Source of the DNA: Octopus bimaculoides
Lineage: Eukaryota
Direction of reading: 5' to 3'
Assembly: GCF_001194135.2 (NCBI RefSeq)
Contig: NC_068981.1
Coordinates: 189,833,806 to 189,897,805 of the forward strand
Length of the DNA stretch: 64,000 bases
Below the pieces are notes generated by a model. It did no database searches and was not told the origin of the DNA. It saw nothing but the letters and a program-made list of their open reading frames with translations. Every line of letters starts with the position of its first letter. The first letter of the stretch is position 1. Positions 12,654 through 24,383 of this stretch are shown in pieces. The position numbers were made by a program, and so were the translations under genes.

Positions 12654-12890
12654 TCATCATCATCATCGTTTAACGTCCGCTTTCCATGCTAGGATGGGTT
12701 GGATGATCACGCTCAGATGGTGCTTTTTACATGCCACCTGCATGGAAGCCAGACAACTGCTCTGGCAATGATCACGCTCGGACGGTGCTGTTAGCGCTCC
12801 ACTGGCATGGGTGCCAGTCATCAAATTTGGTTCGATTTCGATTTCATTTGCCTCAACAGGTCTTCGATGCCATGAAATATCTCTCATGTG
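12654..12890 (-). mobile_element. RTE 3'-UTR tail (family C), internally deleted
   Basis: (cat)n-cgtttaacgtccgctttccatgctagg joined directly to the tandem-unit region. Confidence 0.75.
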
Positions 12891-12989
12891 ATCATTTGAG
12901 ATTTCATTGCTAAAGAAAGAGAAGATTAAAGCAAGAACAGACTAAATATTACAGAAAAATAAGGAATCACAAAACCAAAGGAGCAAAGC

Positions 12990-13640
12990 TAACTATGGTA
13001 GTCCTGTCACAATAATAAATACTTTGTTCCATCGCTATCAACCATACCCTCAATCAAAGAGGCTAGCATTATTCATGAAAAACGGAAGCAAAGCATACCA
13101 TTCAAGTAAGTTCTGATCATTTTCTTCTCCAGGCAAACTTTGTGTAATCAAACCAAAAAGCAAAAAATTAAAAAAATTTTTTTAAATAGGATATTAAAAA
13201 AAAATGGCCAAAAATAATCTGGCTGTGACATTTGAAATACATACTGGAGGTACTTTCACACCTTTGCTACAACTTGAAACAGACAATGGATGAAGTATGT
13301 GTCTTACAGAAAAACAACAAACAATATTACAGAGAAACCCACTGGCTAGAAAAGAAAGGTGAAATGCCAAAGCAGGAATGTTAAATATTGCTGTCAATGT
13401 TATTAAAGCATTTGATACGAAGAACTAAATGATGTAGTCAAATAACAGTAAAAAAAATGCAAAGAACAAGAACATATAATATATAAGAATTACTGGAAGC
13501 TGACCTCAAAACTATAATAGTCACAACCTGTTCATTGCAATGCATAAAAATAGAGAGGAAGAACATAAAAATAGTAGAAGAAAATATAAAAACAGTAACT
13601 TAAACAGAAACACAGCTGAGGCATTTCAATGCCAGAAAGA
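12990..13640 (+). mobile_element. Very old LINE fragment (AP-endonuclease C-terminus and linker, RTE-like)
   Basis: Frameshifted peptides ..INTLFHR.., SSDHFLLQANFV, FEIHTGGTFTPLLQLE resemble the TNTLF..H / SDH..L..N / IGG.F.PLL motifs. Confidence 0.4.
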
Positions 13641-13659
13641 TAATTTGGAACATTATTTT

Positions 13660-13830
13660 TTGAATGACATAGCTGTGTGGTTAAGAAGTTTGCTTCTCAA
13701 CTTCATGGTTTTAAGTTCAGTCCCACTATATGCCACCTTGGGCAACTGTCTTTTATTTTTGCACTGAACTGACCAATGCCTTGTGTGTAGATTTGGTAGA
13801 TGGAAACTGGAAGTAGGTTGGTGCGTGTGT
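13660..13830 (+). mobile_element. Family A SINE, 5' half followed by (TG)n
   Basis: gctgtgtggttaagaagtttgcttctcaac..gttcagtcccact..gccaccttgggcaa..ccttgtgtgtagatttggtagatggaaactg. Confidence 0.75.
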
Positions 13831-13901
13831 GTGTATGTAAATATATAAAGAGATATACACAAACACAATACACACACATATAAATACCTATGTGTAGGTA
13901 A

Positions 13902-13937
<36 letters not shown>

Positions 13938-14039
13938 TTGCACTTCCTTTCTTGACATTGCTCAACAGTTTTAAACAAGCATCACCATCATACAAATGGT
14001 TTTGTTTGTTTCCCATCTTCATTAAAACATGTCGATATG

Positions 14040-14155
14040 ATGGAGTGTTACCTTGTTTGGAAACAGATGGGGGTTGGAAACAAAAAGGGCACCCAACAAC
14101 TGAAAACTGGTCTCATACAAGCATGGAAAAATGGATGATAAAATAAAGATGATGA
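14040..14155 (+). mobile_element. Short repeat family E (similar copies at about 18190-18310, 19640-19735, 42138-42258, 48510-48620)
   Basis: ttaccttg.ttggaaacag..ggttgg.aac..aagggca.cc..c..agaaaa..gcatggaaaa..gga.gttaaa-(gat)n; shares the aagggcatcc motif and tail with family C. Confidence 0.55.
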
Positions 14156-14239
14156 CCTTAGCACTAGATTCCTAAACAACTCTGAAGCAATATCGAAAAC
14201 CCTGAATAGATCATTTGCTGAGGAAACTGATGCAGACGT

Positions 14240-14470
14240 AACAAAAATATGCTCGTGCCATGTAAAAAGCCCCCATTCTGGTGCCATATAGAAAGTGCCT
14301 GTACTGGTGTCACATAAACAGCACCCAGTACACTCTGTAAAGTGGTTGGCATTAGGAAGGGCATCCAGCCATAGAAACCTTTCAAAAACAGACAACTGGT
14401 GGCTGGTACAGCTCTCCAGCTCCTGTCAAACTGATGCCAGAATGGAAAATGGATATTAAATGATGATGAA
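14240..14470 (+). mobile_element. RTE 3'-UTR tail (family C)
   Basis: gcacccagtacactctgtaaagtggttggcattaggaagggcatccagcc...atggaaaatggatattaaatgatgatg. Confidence 0.75.
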
Positions 14471-15078
14471 ATAAAGACAAAAGAAAAAAAAAAGAATGAA
14501 AATCTGCAAAGCCCCTAACTTCTCATTCCCAGTATAGCAGTCATCAGTGATAAAGTAGTAAAAACAGTGAGGAGAGCATCCAGTTAATACATTATATTCA
14601 ACGGACTATGGAAAACAGAGAGAACACTAACATATAAGGCATATATATATTGGTAATGTTGAGGTACTAAAACTCTAGGAAGAACTGAACAGCAGAAGTT
14701 CTTCAGAGAAGAAACCCAACTGAAAAAAGTGTTTCAGCCATTAATTCCTTATATTCTAAGGGGGCCAGGCAGCATCTAGGCCATGACTCCTGGATACTCC
14801 TTGGAGGAAGAATGGGTGAGGGTCATGGGCTAGATACAGCCCAGTCCCTTAGCAATAACTAGAAAAACTGCAGGGTGATTTGTCTCTGGTAAATAATAGG
14901 AAATGTGTTCAGTAGAATCTTTCTTGATATGATGTAATGTGAAACTGGAGAAGCAATTTGAGAAAAAAAGTTGATCCAGTTCTTGACCTAGTTAATGGTT
15001 GACAAGTAAGTTGTTTCTACCAGCCAGTACTTACCTTCTATGTGATGAACTCAGCCATATGAGAGCCTTCAAACCAAC

Positions 15079-15790
15079 CAGTGCTGGATTAGCTATTAAA
15101 CAAAATGGAAAAACTAGCACGTGCTTAGGGCATCAAGGGAAGTATGGTGCTACAGAAATGGTAAATAGTTCATGATTCAAAAGAAAAGACTTTAAACTTG
15201 CTAAAATAATATTCAGGATGCCTTATCTCTACTAAGTATAGACACAGATGTGTTACATAAGATTAATTTTGAGGATTTGATCAAAGACTTTGCAATTAAA
15301 AAAGTAGAAAACTTTTCAAATATAAATAAGGTGAAGGGCATTCAGCCATAGAAACCGTGCCAAATCAGACTGGAACCTGGAGCAGCTCTCCAGCTTACCA
15401 GTTCCAGTCACACTGTCTAACCCATGCCAACATGGAAAGCAGATGTTAAGTGATGATGAGGAGGAAGTATACAAAAATAAACATTATTTTCCATCCTACA
15501 GTTAGGTTTCTTTTTGAAAAATAAAAATTTATTTTATGGTTAATTATTGTTTGTATTTTGAATTACATTTAATACTCAATATTTCATATATTCAATAAGA
15601 CATTCAATACTTCATTTCATTTTACTATTTATATTATATTATATATTCCATATTCTATGTCCCACATTAATTTTATAAGAATATAAATAAAACATAAAAA
15701 ACAGACAGAGTTGGAACTCTTTTAATATATTTCTCTATGCACGATCATACAAAACCCTTTTTTGTATATTTTTTTAAAATTTTTATTCAG

Positions 15791-15858
<68 letters not shown>

Positions 15859-15909
15859 CCAAAATCTTTCTAAGTGCTTAGGGCCTCTATGGGTCTTAAT
15901 CCAGCCCTG
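15079..15909 (+). mobile_element. Non-autonomous hAT DNA transposon derivative
   Basis: Terminal inverted repeats cagtgctggatta (15079-15091) / taatccagccctg (15897-15909); 8-mer cttcaaac at 15067-15074 and 15910-15917; 15223-15318 encodes LSLLSIDTDVLHKINFEDLIKDFAIKKVENFS, resembling the hAT C-terminal dimerisation tail. Confidence 0.75.
15331..15460 (+). mobile_element. RTE 3'-UTR tail (family C) nested in the hAT element
   Basis: gaagggcattcagccatagaaacc...cccatgccaacatggaaagcagatgttaagtgatgatg. Confidence 0.75.
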
Positions 15910-16336
15910 CTTCAAACCTGACAAAATATTGCTAGCAGTGCAGCAGCAACTCATCACTTTGCAGTATCTTGTTATGTGTGTGTGTGGGGGGGATAAATCT
16001 AAATCCACTACACAAGGGCAGTATACATTGTATTTCTGATCAGAACAATTTACTCTATATTGCTTCAGTTCACTTAACTGTTGGAAATATTGTTCAGCTA
16101 CACATTACAGATCAATACAATTTGGCTTCGGACTACACACACACTCTTTCTCTCTCTCTCACTCTCAATCCCTCTCACTCTTCCCCTCCATTGCACATAT
16201 CATTGTGAACTTTCTTGTAGCCAAATAAAACAACTCTTTTGTTGTGGATATTTGTGCTTGATGTGTTTAATGTGAGGTGAAATGTTGCACACCAAATATC
16301 ACATCAACATTTCATTATTTTCACTTTATTCATTTC

Positions 16337-16346
16337 NNNNNNNNNN
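16337..16346. other. Assembly gap (10 N)
   Basis: Run of n. Confidence 1.
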
Positions 16347-16454
16347 GTGGGGTGATAGTGACTTCGAAGTTTCAGCCAACTAGCTTTCATTTGATCAGTC
16401 TGATGAAACATTGAAATCACTGTCACCTCTCTTCTTGTAAAAGTATAATATATA

Positions 16455-16630
16455 TACATAGGCTCAAGTACGGCTGAGTGGTAAGAAGTTTACTGCCCAA
16501 CCACATGGTTCTGGGTTCAGTTCCACTGCATGGCACATTGGGCAAGTGGCTTCTACAATGGCCTTGGACCAACCAAAACCTTGTGAGTGGATTTGATAGA
16601 CTGGAAACTGAAAGAAGTCTTTCATATATA
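16455..16630 (+). mobile_element. Family A SINE, 5' half
   Basis: ggctgagtggtaagaagtttactgcccaaccacatggttctgggttcagttccactg..gggcaagtggcttctac..gtgagtggatttg. Confidence 0.8.
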
Positions 16631-16633
16631 TGT

Positions 16634-17030
16634 ATCATCATCATTGTTTAATGTCTGCTTTCCATGCGGGCATATGTTGGACAGTTTGACTGAGGACTGG
16701 CAAGCCAGAAGGCTGCATGAGGCTCCAATCTGATCTGGCTAGGTTTCTATAGCTGGATGCCCTTCCTAATGCCAACCGCTCCAAGAGTGTAGTGGGTGCT
16801 TATTATGTGCCACCGAGTCAGACAGCACTGGCATCAACCATGCTCAAATGGTGCTTTTTACATGCCACCAGTATGGGTACCAGTCAGGCAGCACTAGCAT
16901 CAGCCACAACAATGATTTCACTTGACTCAACAGGTCTTCTCAAGCACAGTATATCTCCAAAGGTCTCAATCACTTGTCATTGCCTCTGTGAGGCCCAATG
17001 TTCAGAAGTCGTGCTTCACCACCTCATCCC
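16634..17030 (-). mobile_element. RTE 3'-UTR tail (family C)
   Basis: (cat)n start, ggatgcccttcctaatgccaacc, tandem units, and cttgactcaacaggtcttc matching the reverse of gaagacctgttgagtcaag at about 61232. Confidence 0.8.
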
Positions 17031-17038
17031 ATATATAT

Positions 17039-17593
17039 NNNNNNNNNNNNNNNNNNNNNNNNNNNNNNNNNNNNNNNNNNNNNNNNNNNNNNNNNNNNNN
17101 NNNNNNNNNNNNNNNNNNNNNNNNNNNNNNNNNNNNNNNNNNNNNNNNNNNNNNNNNNNNNNNNNNNNNNNNNNNNNNNNNNNNNNNNNNNNNNNNNNNN
17201 NNNNNNNNNNNNNNNNNNNNNNNNNNNNNNNNNNNNNNNNNNNNNNNNNNNNNNNNNNNNNNNNNNNNNNNNNNNNNNNNNNNNNNNNNNNNNNNNNNNN
17301 NNNNNNNNNNNNNNNNNNNNNNNNNNNNNNNNNNNNNNNNNNNNNNNNNNNNNNNNNNNNNNNNNNNNNNNNNNNNNNNNNNNNNNNNNNNNNNNNNNNN
17401 NNNNNNNNNNNNNNNNNNNNNNNNNNNNNNNNNNNNNNNNNNNNNNNNNNNNNNNNNNNNNNNNNNNNNNNNNNNNNNNNNNNNNNNNNNNNNNNNNNNN
17501 NNNNNNNNNNNNNNNNNNNNNNNNNNNNNNNNNNNNNNNNNNNNNNNNNNNNNNNNNNNNNNNNNNNNNNNNNNNNNNNNNNNNNNNNNNNNN
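17039..17593. other. Assembly gap
   Basis: Run of n flanked by (TA)n and (GA)n. Confidence 1.
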
Positions 17594-19250
17594 GGGAGAG
17601 AGAGAGAGAGGGAGAGAGAGAGAGAGGGAGAGAGAGAGAGTGGCCAAAGGGAAAGAGAGAGAAAGTAGGAACTCTTCTGATAAATGCATAATAAATATGA
17701 ACTCTACACAAAAATATTGAGTAATCCTTCAGTTTAATGTCAAATTGCTTCTGTTATGTAACTCGACATAAATATAGATAAAAGAAGAATACAAGTGAGG
17801 TTTAAAATTCACAACAGCTGTTTCAATAGTATTTTAATGATGCATTCTTAGATTCAATCATGGCAAAAATCTGCCATCATCAGGTAAATATTAAACACAC
17901 AAACAGGTAAGGTAAAAACAGAAGATGACCAGTGCGCCACTACTATGGTGAAACAAGGATACTTTATATATATATAAACGTAAGTATATATGAGTATATA
18001 AATGCATGTATATATGTATATATGAGTGAGTATGCATGTGCAGACATGTGTGTTTGTGCGACAGCTTACAAAAGAACTATGTAGAGCTACAAGTATAGAC
18101 CATTTGCAGCTCACTTACAAATGGTAAAATCATCATTTGCAGATGTATTGCAACTGGTGAAATTTGTCGACATTTTTTGTCAACAAAATCACCTACAATC
18201 ACTTCATCACTCTCATAGGTAAGGACTGGCAACAGGAAGTGCTTCCAGCCAAAAATATTTTGCATCAATACTTACTTCTACCTGAAACATACTAGCGTGG
18301 AAAACAGATGCTAAAGAAAAGGAGAAAAATATATGTGTGTGTATCGTCATCATCATCATCCTTTAATATCTGTTTTCGATGCTGGCATGGGTTGTATGTT
18401 TATAATAATAGCAATATAAATCTAAGTCAATTTCTCCAGTCATGTTTTACATCATATAGTGAGAAAGGAAGAGAAAGAGTAAAAGAGAGGCACAGGGTTA
18501 ACATTAAGACATGCAGGATGAATGCACTATGTAGGCTTAGTGACAGGCAATGAGTAAAGAAACACACATACACACACACACACACACAGAGTAAGAGAGA
18601 ATGAAGCATAGACAGAAGAAGGAAAGGAGGAGTAGGAGTAAATGACAGTAGTTATAGGAAGAGTTAGACAAATGAGACGTTTGTTTTACTTAATTTATTC
18701 TAAAGTAATTGTTTTCTTTTGAAATTTAGTATTCATTTCATCATTTTGCATAAGTACGAAGAAATTTGTTGGAAGCTAAATAGTAATTGTTGTACGGATG
18801 CCATATTTTCTGACATTATCCAGGCTTGGGGGTCAAAAGTATACTTCGAAAGTTACATGGCATATGACAGGTAACAATCTAGTCTACATGCACACATATA
18901 TATATATACACACACACACACACATTTTTTTTTTTTTCAGTCATAAGACTGTGGCCATGCTGGGGCTCTACCATGAAAGATTTTAGACAAACAAATTGAC
19001 CCTAGAGCTTTTTATATAAGACACTTATTCACAGTGGGACTGAACCCAAAACTATGTGGTTGGGAAGCAAGCTTCTTAACACACAGTCATTATATATATA
19101 TAGTAACCAATGTTATGGCCATATGTTTAATACAAATATTTTTAGTTCAGTGTGAAAATAAAACACTGGCTTCTTTGCAACCAGAGCAAAGGAGCAAATC
19201 AATAAATAATCAATTGCTTTTAACTTTCATTAAAGTCACCACCAGAATTC

Positions 19251-19325
<75 letters not shown>

Positions 19326-19736
19326 AGAGAAATACTGCAAAAAAGAGATACTGAAAATTAATGATCAAATTTTTCTAAATGGTGCTACAAGTGGGCTACA
19401 ACTAAACATCTCTGACTAAGGCAGACCATGTAGCCTTCGGTCCAGTCTTATTGCATGGCCTAAGAATGTATTTATATGAAGCACAACCATTGTACGCATG
19501 AAATATATTCAGTCCAGCATCTGTGTTTGTGTGTATTTTTGTGTAGCCTTGTCTTGACACCATGTAGTGGTTGTGAATGAGGATCACTGCTATACAAGTG
19601 ATATAGATTCCAGTTATCTGCAAAAAGCATAAATGGCTATGGGGAAATATTACCTTGCTTGGAAACAGGTATGGATTGGTAACATGAAGGGCATCCAGCC
19701 ATAGGAAATCTGCCTCAACAAACTCCATCTAACAAA

Positions 19737-20760
19737 GTCATCATCATTATCATCATCATTTGACATCCATGTTCCATACTGGTACGGAGTTGAACAGTTT
19801 AACAAGATCCAGTGGGTCCAATGACTGCATTGTACTCTAGTATCTGGTTTAGCATGGTCTCCATGGATGGATGCCTTTTCTAATGCCAACCACTTTACAG
19901 AATATATTGGATACCTTTTTTTTTTTCATGAGACTAGCGTTAGTGAGATTGCTATCTAACTTGAAGACTAAAATCACCATTGACTAGGAGGGGAGGTAGC
20001 TTTATGCTGGGAAAAGAGGGGTTAAATATGAGAAATGAAGCCAGAGTAGAACAGGATTTTTCACTGTAGAGGAATTACATGACTTATCACATTATAGAAA
20101 AGAAGATGGGATTAACTGAGGTGGAGCTGGAAAGAGACAAATATAGTGATAATCAGATGTCAGGGTGGAACCTCAAGATATTAGGTAAGAAGAAGTGAGT
20201 TGGGGCATGATAATGGGGAGTATGAGTGGGTTAGAGATCGCAAGAGTGCATGGGTGAATGAGATGGTTGGAGATAAGGAATGAATGAGGGGGTGGTAAAT
20301 ATAATGAATAACAAGTGTTGAGGAATGATGAGTAGGCAAGATAGGTAAGAGAGATTGGGTAGGGTTGAGGAATAGAAGTAGTGACTGGTGGATAGGTGAA
20401 GCAGAATGATCTATGAAACATAAGGGTTGAAAGGAGTTAAGGGAGAGTAGGAAATGACTGACAGTGCAGAAAAAAAAGAGACTTGAAGACTAACAGAATT
20501 GTAATAATGATACAGCAGACAGGGGAAAGATGAGAGAGAGAAGATGGGAGTATGATGTGGTTGGGTAGGTTACAAAAGTTGGGGAGAAATGTATTATGAT
20601 GGAGAAGGAGAGATACTTTAGAGATTCAGGAGGATGAGCAATGTAAAATGTGGGTAGAGAGTATATTAACAATGAAGGATTGATGTCAAATGAAATGATT
20701 CTGAGTAGTGAGAAAGAGAAGTGATATCAAGGGAAAGTGGACAGAGTAGGCAGGTCCTCC
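19737..20760 (-). mobile_element. Family C-type tail (19737-19915) with a long strand-asymmetric (plus-strand GA-rich) extension
   Basis: (cat)n tail and ggatgccttttctaatgccaaccactttacaga continuing into about 800 bp of diverged purine-rich sequence; probably an older LINE 3' region. Confidence 0.5.
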
Positions 20761-20879
20761 AACATTTAATTACAGTAGTAGAATACTGTGATTAGAGAGA
20801 TGATAGGTGATGAGGATTTCTTAAGGAGAAAATTGATTGAGGGGCACAATGGTGCATACATACATTGTACTTCTAGAAT

Positions 20880-21420
20880 ATCAGATTTAATGAGACAGGG
20901 AGGCTTTCTCAAGAACTGCATATCACCTGTCACCTCTGTTTTTTATCATCTCTTCCATGAGGTTCAAGGTCCTGGGATCAACCTTTACCACTTTATATCA
21001 TGTCTACAAGCTCCACCTCCATTAAACAACTGGTACTTCTTTATACAGCTGTCATTATCATTAAACATCGCATGCCCATGCAGAACAGCTTTCTTTTTTG
21101 CACACTACACACAATTCCTTTTATGACCAGGTTTTCTTTCAATACATTACTACTTGCACAAACTTACATTGTACATCAAATGGACCGTGCTATCTTAATT
21201 GTTTTGCTCTCCTCTCAAATCCTTTGCATTCAAGGTCCTTGTCTCATGTCTCACTACTATGCAACATCACATTATTAACAGAAGCCTCAAACTATCTGCC
21301 CTTCACTCTGAGAAAAAAGAAAAACCTTTGTTGCCATAGAAGTAGTAGTTCCCTGAACTTTTTCTAACTTGTTCTTAACTTGGCAACTTTACTTTCAAGT
21401 AACCATCTAAAATATCATCT
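20880..21420 (-). mobile_element. Decayed RTE LINE 3' coding end
   Basis: Reverse reads aaaagttcagggaactactacttc..ctcagagtgaagggcaga..catagtagtgagacatg..gcagttcttgagaaag, colinear with KFRELLPLL..SLRVKG..LHGSETW.. Confidence 0.65.
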
Positions 21421-21756
21421 CTTAATACTCTAGAAGTTATATCTTTGGAGGGTTCACACAGTTCCTCTGTGTGTGTGTGTGTGTGTGTGTTATTATTGGC
21501 ATAATGACCTTCCCAAGATACACTAAGATTTGTTTTAATGCATGAATTCTCATCAAGAATCTTGTAAAACCGAATACAAAAATTCCAGAAGTTCATTTTT
21601 TGTTTAACTCTACACAACCAAACAGAATCTGAAGAAAAAACCTGCAGTAAGTCCATGGAGAGGTTTTAATAAAAATTATTGCCAAGAATGTGACACATTA
21701 AAATTCACCAATTAGTGACTACTATTGTCAATGAAAGCATATATACATACATAAAT

Positions 21757-22188
21757 ATCAAATTCGATGACTGGCACCCGTGCCAGTGGAGTGCTAACAG
21801 CACCATCTGAGTGGGATCACTGCCAGAGCAGCAGTCTCGCTTCCATGCCGGTGGCATGTATAAAGCACTATTTGAGTGCGATTGTTTCCAGCTTCGCATT
21901 ACTGGCACTCGTGCCGGTGGCATGTGAACAAAACATTGGACTGACTCCTGTGTAGGTCGCATGTAAAAAAACACCATTTGAGCGTGGCCGTTGCCAGTAC
22001 CACCAGACTGGCCCTCATGCCGGTGACACGTAAAATGCACCCACTACACTCTCGGAGTGGTTGGCATTAGGAAGGGCATCCAGCTGTAGAAACTCTGCCA
22101 GATCAAATTGGAGTTTGGTGTAGCCATCTGGTTCGCCAGTCCCCAGTCAAATCGTCCAACCCACGCTAGCATGGAAAGCGGACGTTAA

Positions 22189-22232
<44 letters not shown>
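21757..22232 (+). mobile_element. RTE 3'-UTR tail (family C), well preserved, about 4 tandem units, (GAT)n tail
   Basis: ggcacccgtgccagtggagtgctaacagcacc...cactacactctcggagtggttggcattaggaagggcatccagctgtagaaac...gcggacgttaaatgatgatg. Confidence 0.9.
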
Positions 22233-22235
<3 letters not shown>

Positions 22236-22289
22236 TGTGATACATTAAAATTTACCAATTAGTGACTACTATTGTCAATGAAAGCATAT

Positions 22290-22400
22290 CATCATCATCA
22301 TCATCGTCGTCATTTAACGTCCGCTTTCCATGCTAGCATAGGTTGGACGATTTGACTGAGGACTGGTGGACCAGGAGGCGACTGAACCAGGAGGCGACAT
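22290..22400 (-). mobile_element. Short family C tail
   Basis: (cat)n-ttaacgtccgctttccatgctagcataggttggacgatttgactgagg. Confidence 0.8.
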
Positions 22401-22838
22401 ACATATATATATAAAACATTGCTGTTAAATGTTAAAAACACCCAGGTTTCAACAAAACATTCACTCTTTAAACATTAGCTTGTACTATAAACATTGTTCA
22501 CTTATGCACTGGTATCATTTAAATCTTTGGCACAGATTTAAATAAACTTCTTTTAAAGGGTGACTTCTCTTCACATGTAATATATTGGATTGGTAAATAA
22601 GTCAGACATACCAGCAAAGTGTCATTCTTCTCATTTGGTTTTGTTTAAAAAACAAATCCACTAATAAAAGTAAAAGAATTTCTTCATTTTATAGGTAATT
22701 ATGCATCAATTTATTATTCAGTGAATGCAGAATACATTTGTCTTATTTGAAAATTTTGTTATGAATTTCCTTTTGTAAATATGTTTGTGAATATATTTTG
22801 TATGTGCATAGATGTGATTCATATATGTACTTATGTTG

Positions 22839-22875
<37 letters not shown>

Positions 22876-23994
22876 TGTGTGTGTATGTGTGTGTGTGTGT
22901 GTGTGCATTAATTTTTGATGGTCTGTGTAAAAGCTAACCAAAGAAGGAGAAATGAAAAGTAAACTTGAACATTGGCAGACATTAAGGAGCCTGTAGGTAG
23001 TAATCCTGGCATTAAAACTATCATAGTTCAACCGAGTACCAAGATACAGATAGCAAATTAAATGATTTCTTCTCTGACATAGCCACATTAAATAAGAATG
23101 ATACAGTATGTATTTGCTGTAGAGAGCAAAAGCTAGTCTTTTGGGTAATATCATGAGACAGGGAAATACTCTGGCTACCAAAGTCTTAAGAGTTTAATGA
23201 AAACATTGTTTGTCTAGAAACAAACAACAAATACAGTTTTAATCAGGAAGACTCAAACTTCCTGAAACACAAGGATGTGGTTGATATTCATATCATATAG
23301 ATATTACACACAGGCAAATATTTTGCTACATACAACTCAGAAATATATACTCATAAATGTGTACAACATTCATAAACAGACACACACGTGCACACACATC
23401 ATATATATATATATATATATATATCTGTGTGTGTGTATATTTATAATATTAATTCACTCACACATACATATATGAGTCTGTGTGAATTAGTTATGAATTA
23501 GAAGAGACAAAGTCTTGGAATATTCCATAGTAGTTGCTTCATGTATTTCGGCAAAAGAGACATAAGAAACATTGGAATAATATAGGCATAGGCACGGCTG
23601 TTTGGTTAAGAAATTTGCTCCCCAGCCACATAGATTCAGGTCAGTTCCACAGCATGGCACCTTGGGTAAGTATCTTCTACTTTAGCCCCAGACAGCCAAA
23701 GACTTGTGAGTGGAAAATACCATATATACTCTGACAACTTGAAAAAAAACAGAAAGGATACACTGACTAATGTATTCCTAGATACTTTTGAAAAGCCAGA
23801 ATGGTTTGAGTTGGAAAACTTTTGGTAAAATTAGATTTCAAAAGATAACAATATCCTTTGAAAATGTTGTGGTATTGAACCTAAAGCCACATGACTGGGA
23901 AGCTAACTTCTCAATTACACAGCCATGCCTGCACCTATAACAGCCATAACAATTAACTTTGGTATTAGGTCATATGGGATTGAATCAGTGATCA

Positions 23995-24383
23995 GTTGTT
24001 GTTGTTGGCACTCCGTCGCTTACGACGACGAGGGTTCCAGTTGATCCGATCAACAGAACAGCCTGCTCGTAAAATTAACGTGCAAGTGGCTGAGCACTCC
24101 ACAGACACGTGTACCCTTAACGTAGTTCTCGGGGAGATTCAGCGTGACACAGAGTGTGACAATGCTGGCTCTTTGAATTACAGGTACAAAAGAAACAGGA
24201 AGTAAGAGTGAGAGAAAGTTGTGGTGAAAGAGTGCAGCAGGGTTTGCCACCATCCCCTGTCAGAGCCTCATGGAGCTTTAGGTGTTTCGCTCAATAAACA
24301 GTCACAACGCCCGGTCTGGGAATTGAAACCGCGATCCTATGACCATGAGTCTGCTGCCCTAACCATTGGGCCATTGGGCCTCC
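23995..24383 (-). mobile_element. tRNA-derived SINE, family F (full length)
   Basis: Reverse head ggaggcccaatggcccaatggttagggcagcagactcatggtcataggatcgcggtttcaattccc (A and B boxes), body, 3' tail ...gacggagtgcc(aac)n. Confidence 0.85.

Noticed and set aside
14760-14870. GC-richer segment resembling an RTE 5' UTR, where HDV-like ribozymes can occur
   Set aside because: I could not build the nested double pseudoknot by eye; an Infernal search would be needed.
16792-17720. Long ORFs of 221-299 aa (also at 48630-49220 and 53444-54598)
   Set aside because: They are made of X residues from N gaps.
22960-23110. Possible plus-strand exon STEYQDTDSKLNDFFSDIATLNKNDT ending at a gtatgt donor
   Set aside because: Weak acceptor, no recognisable homology; such frames arise by chance in AT-rich DNA.
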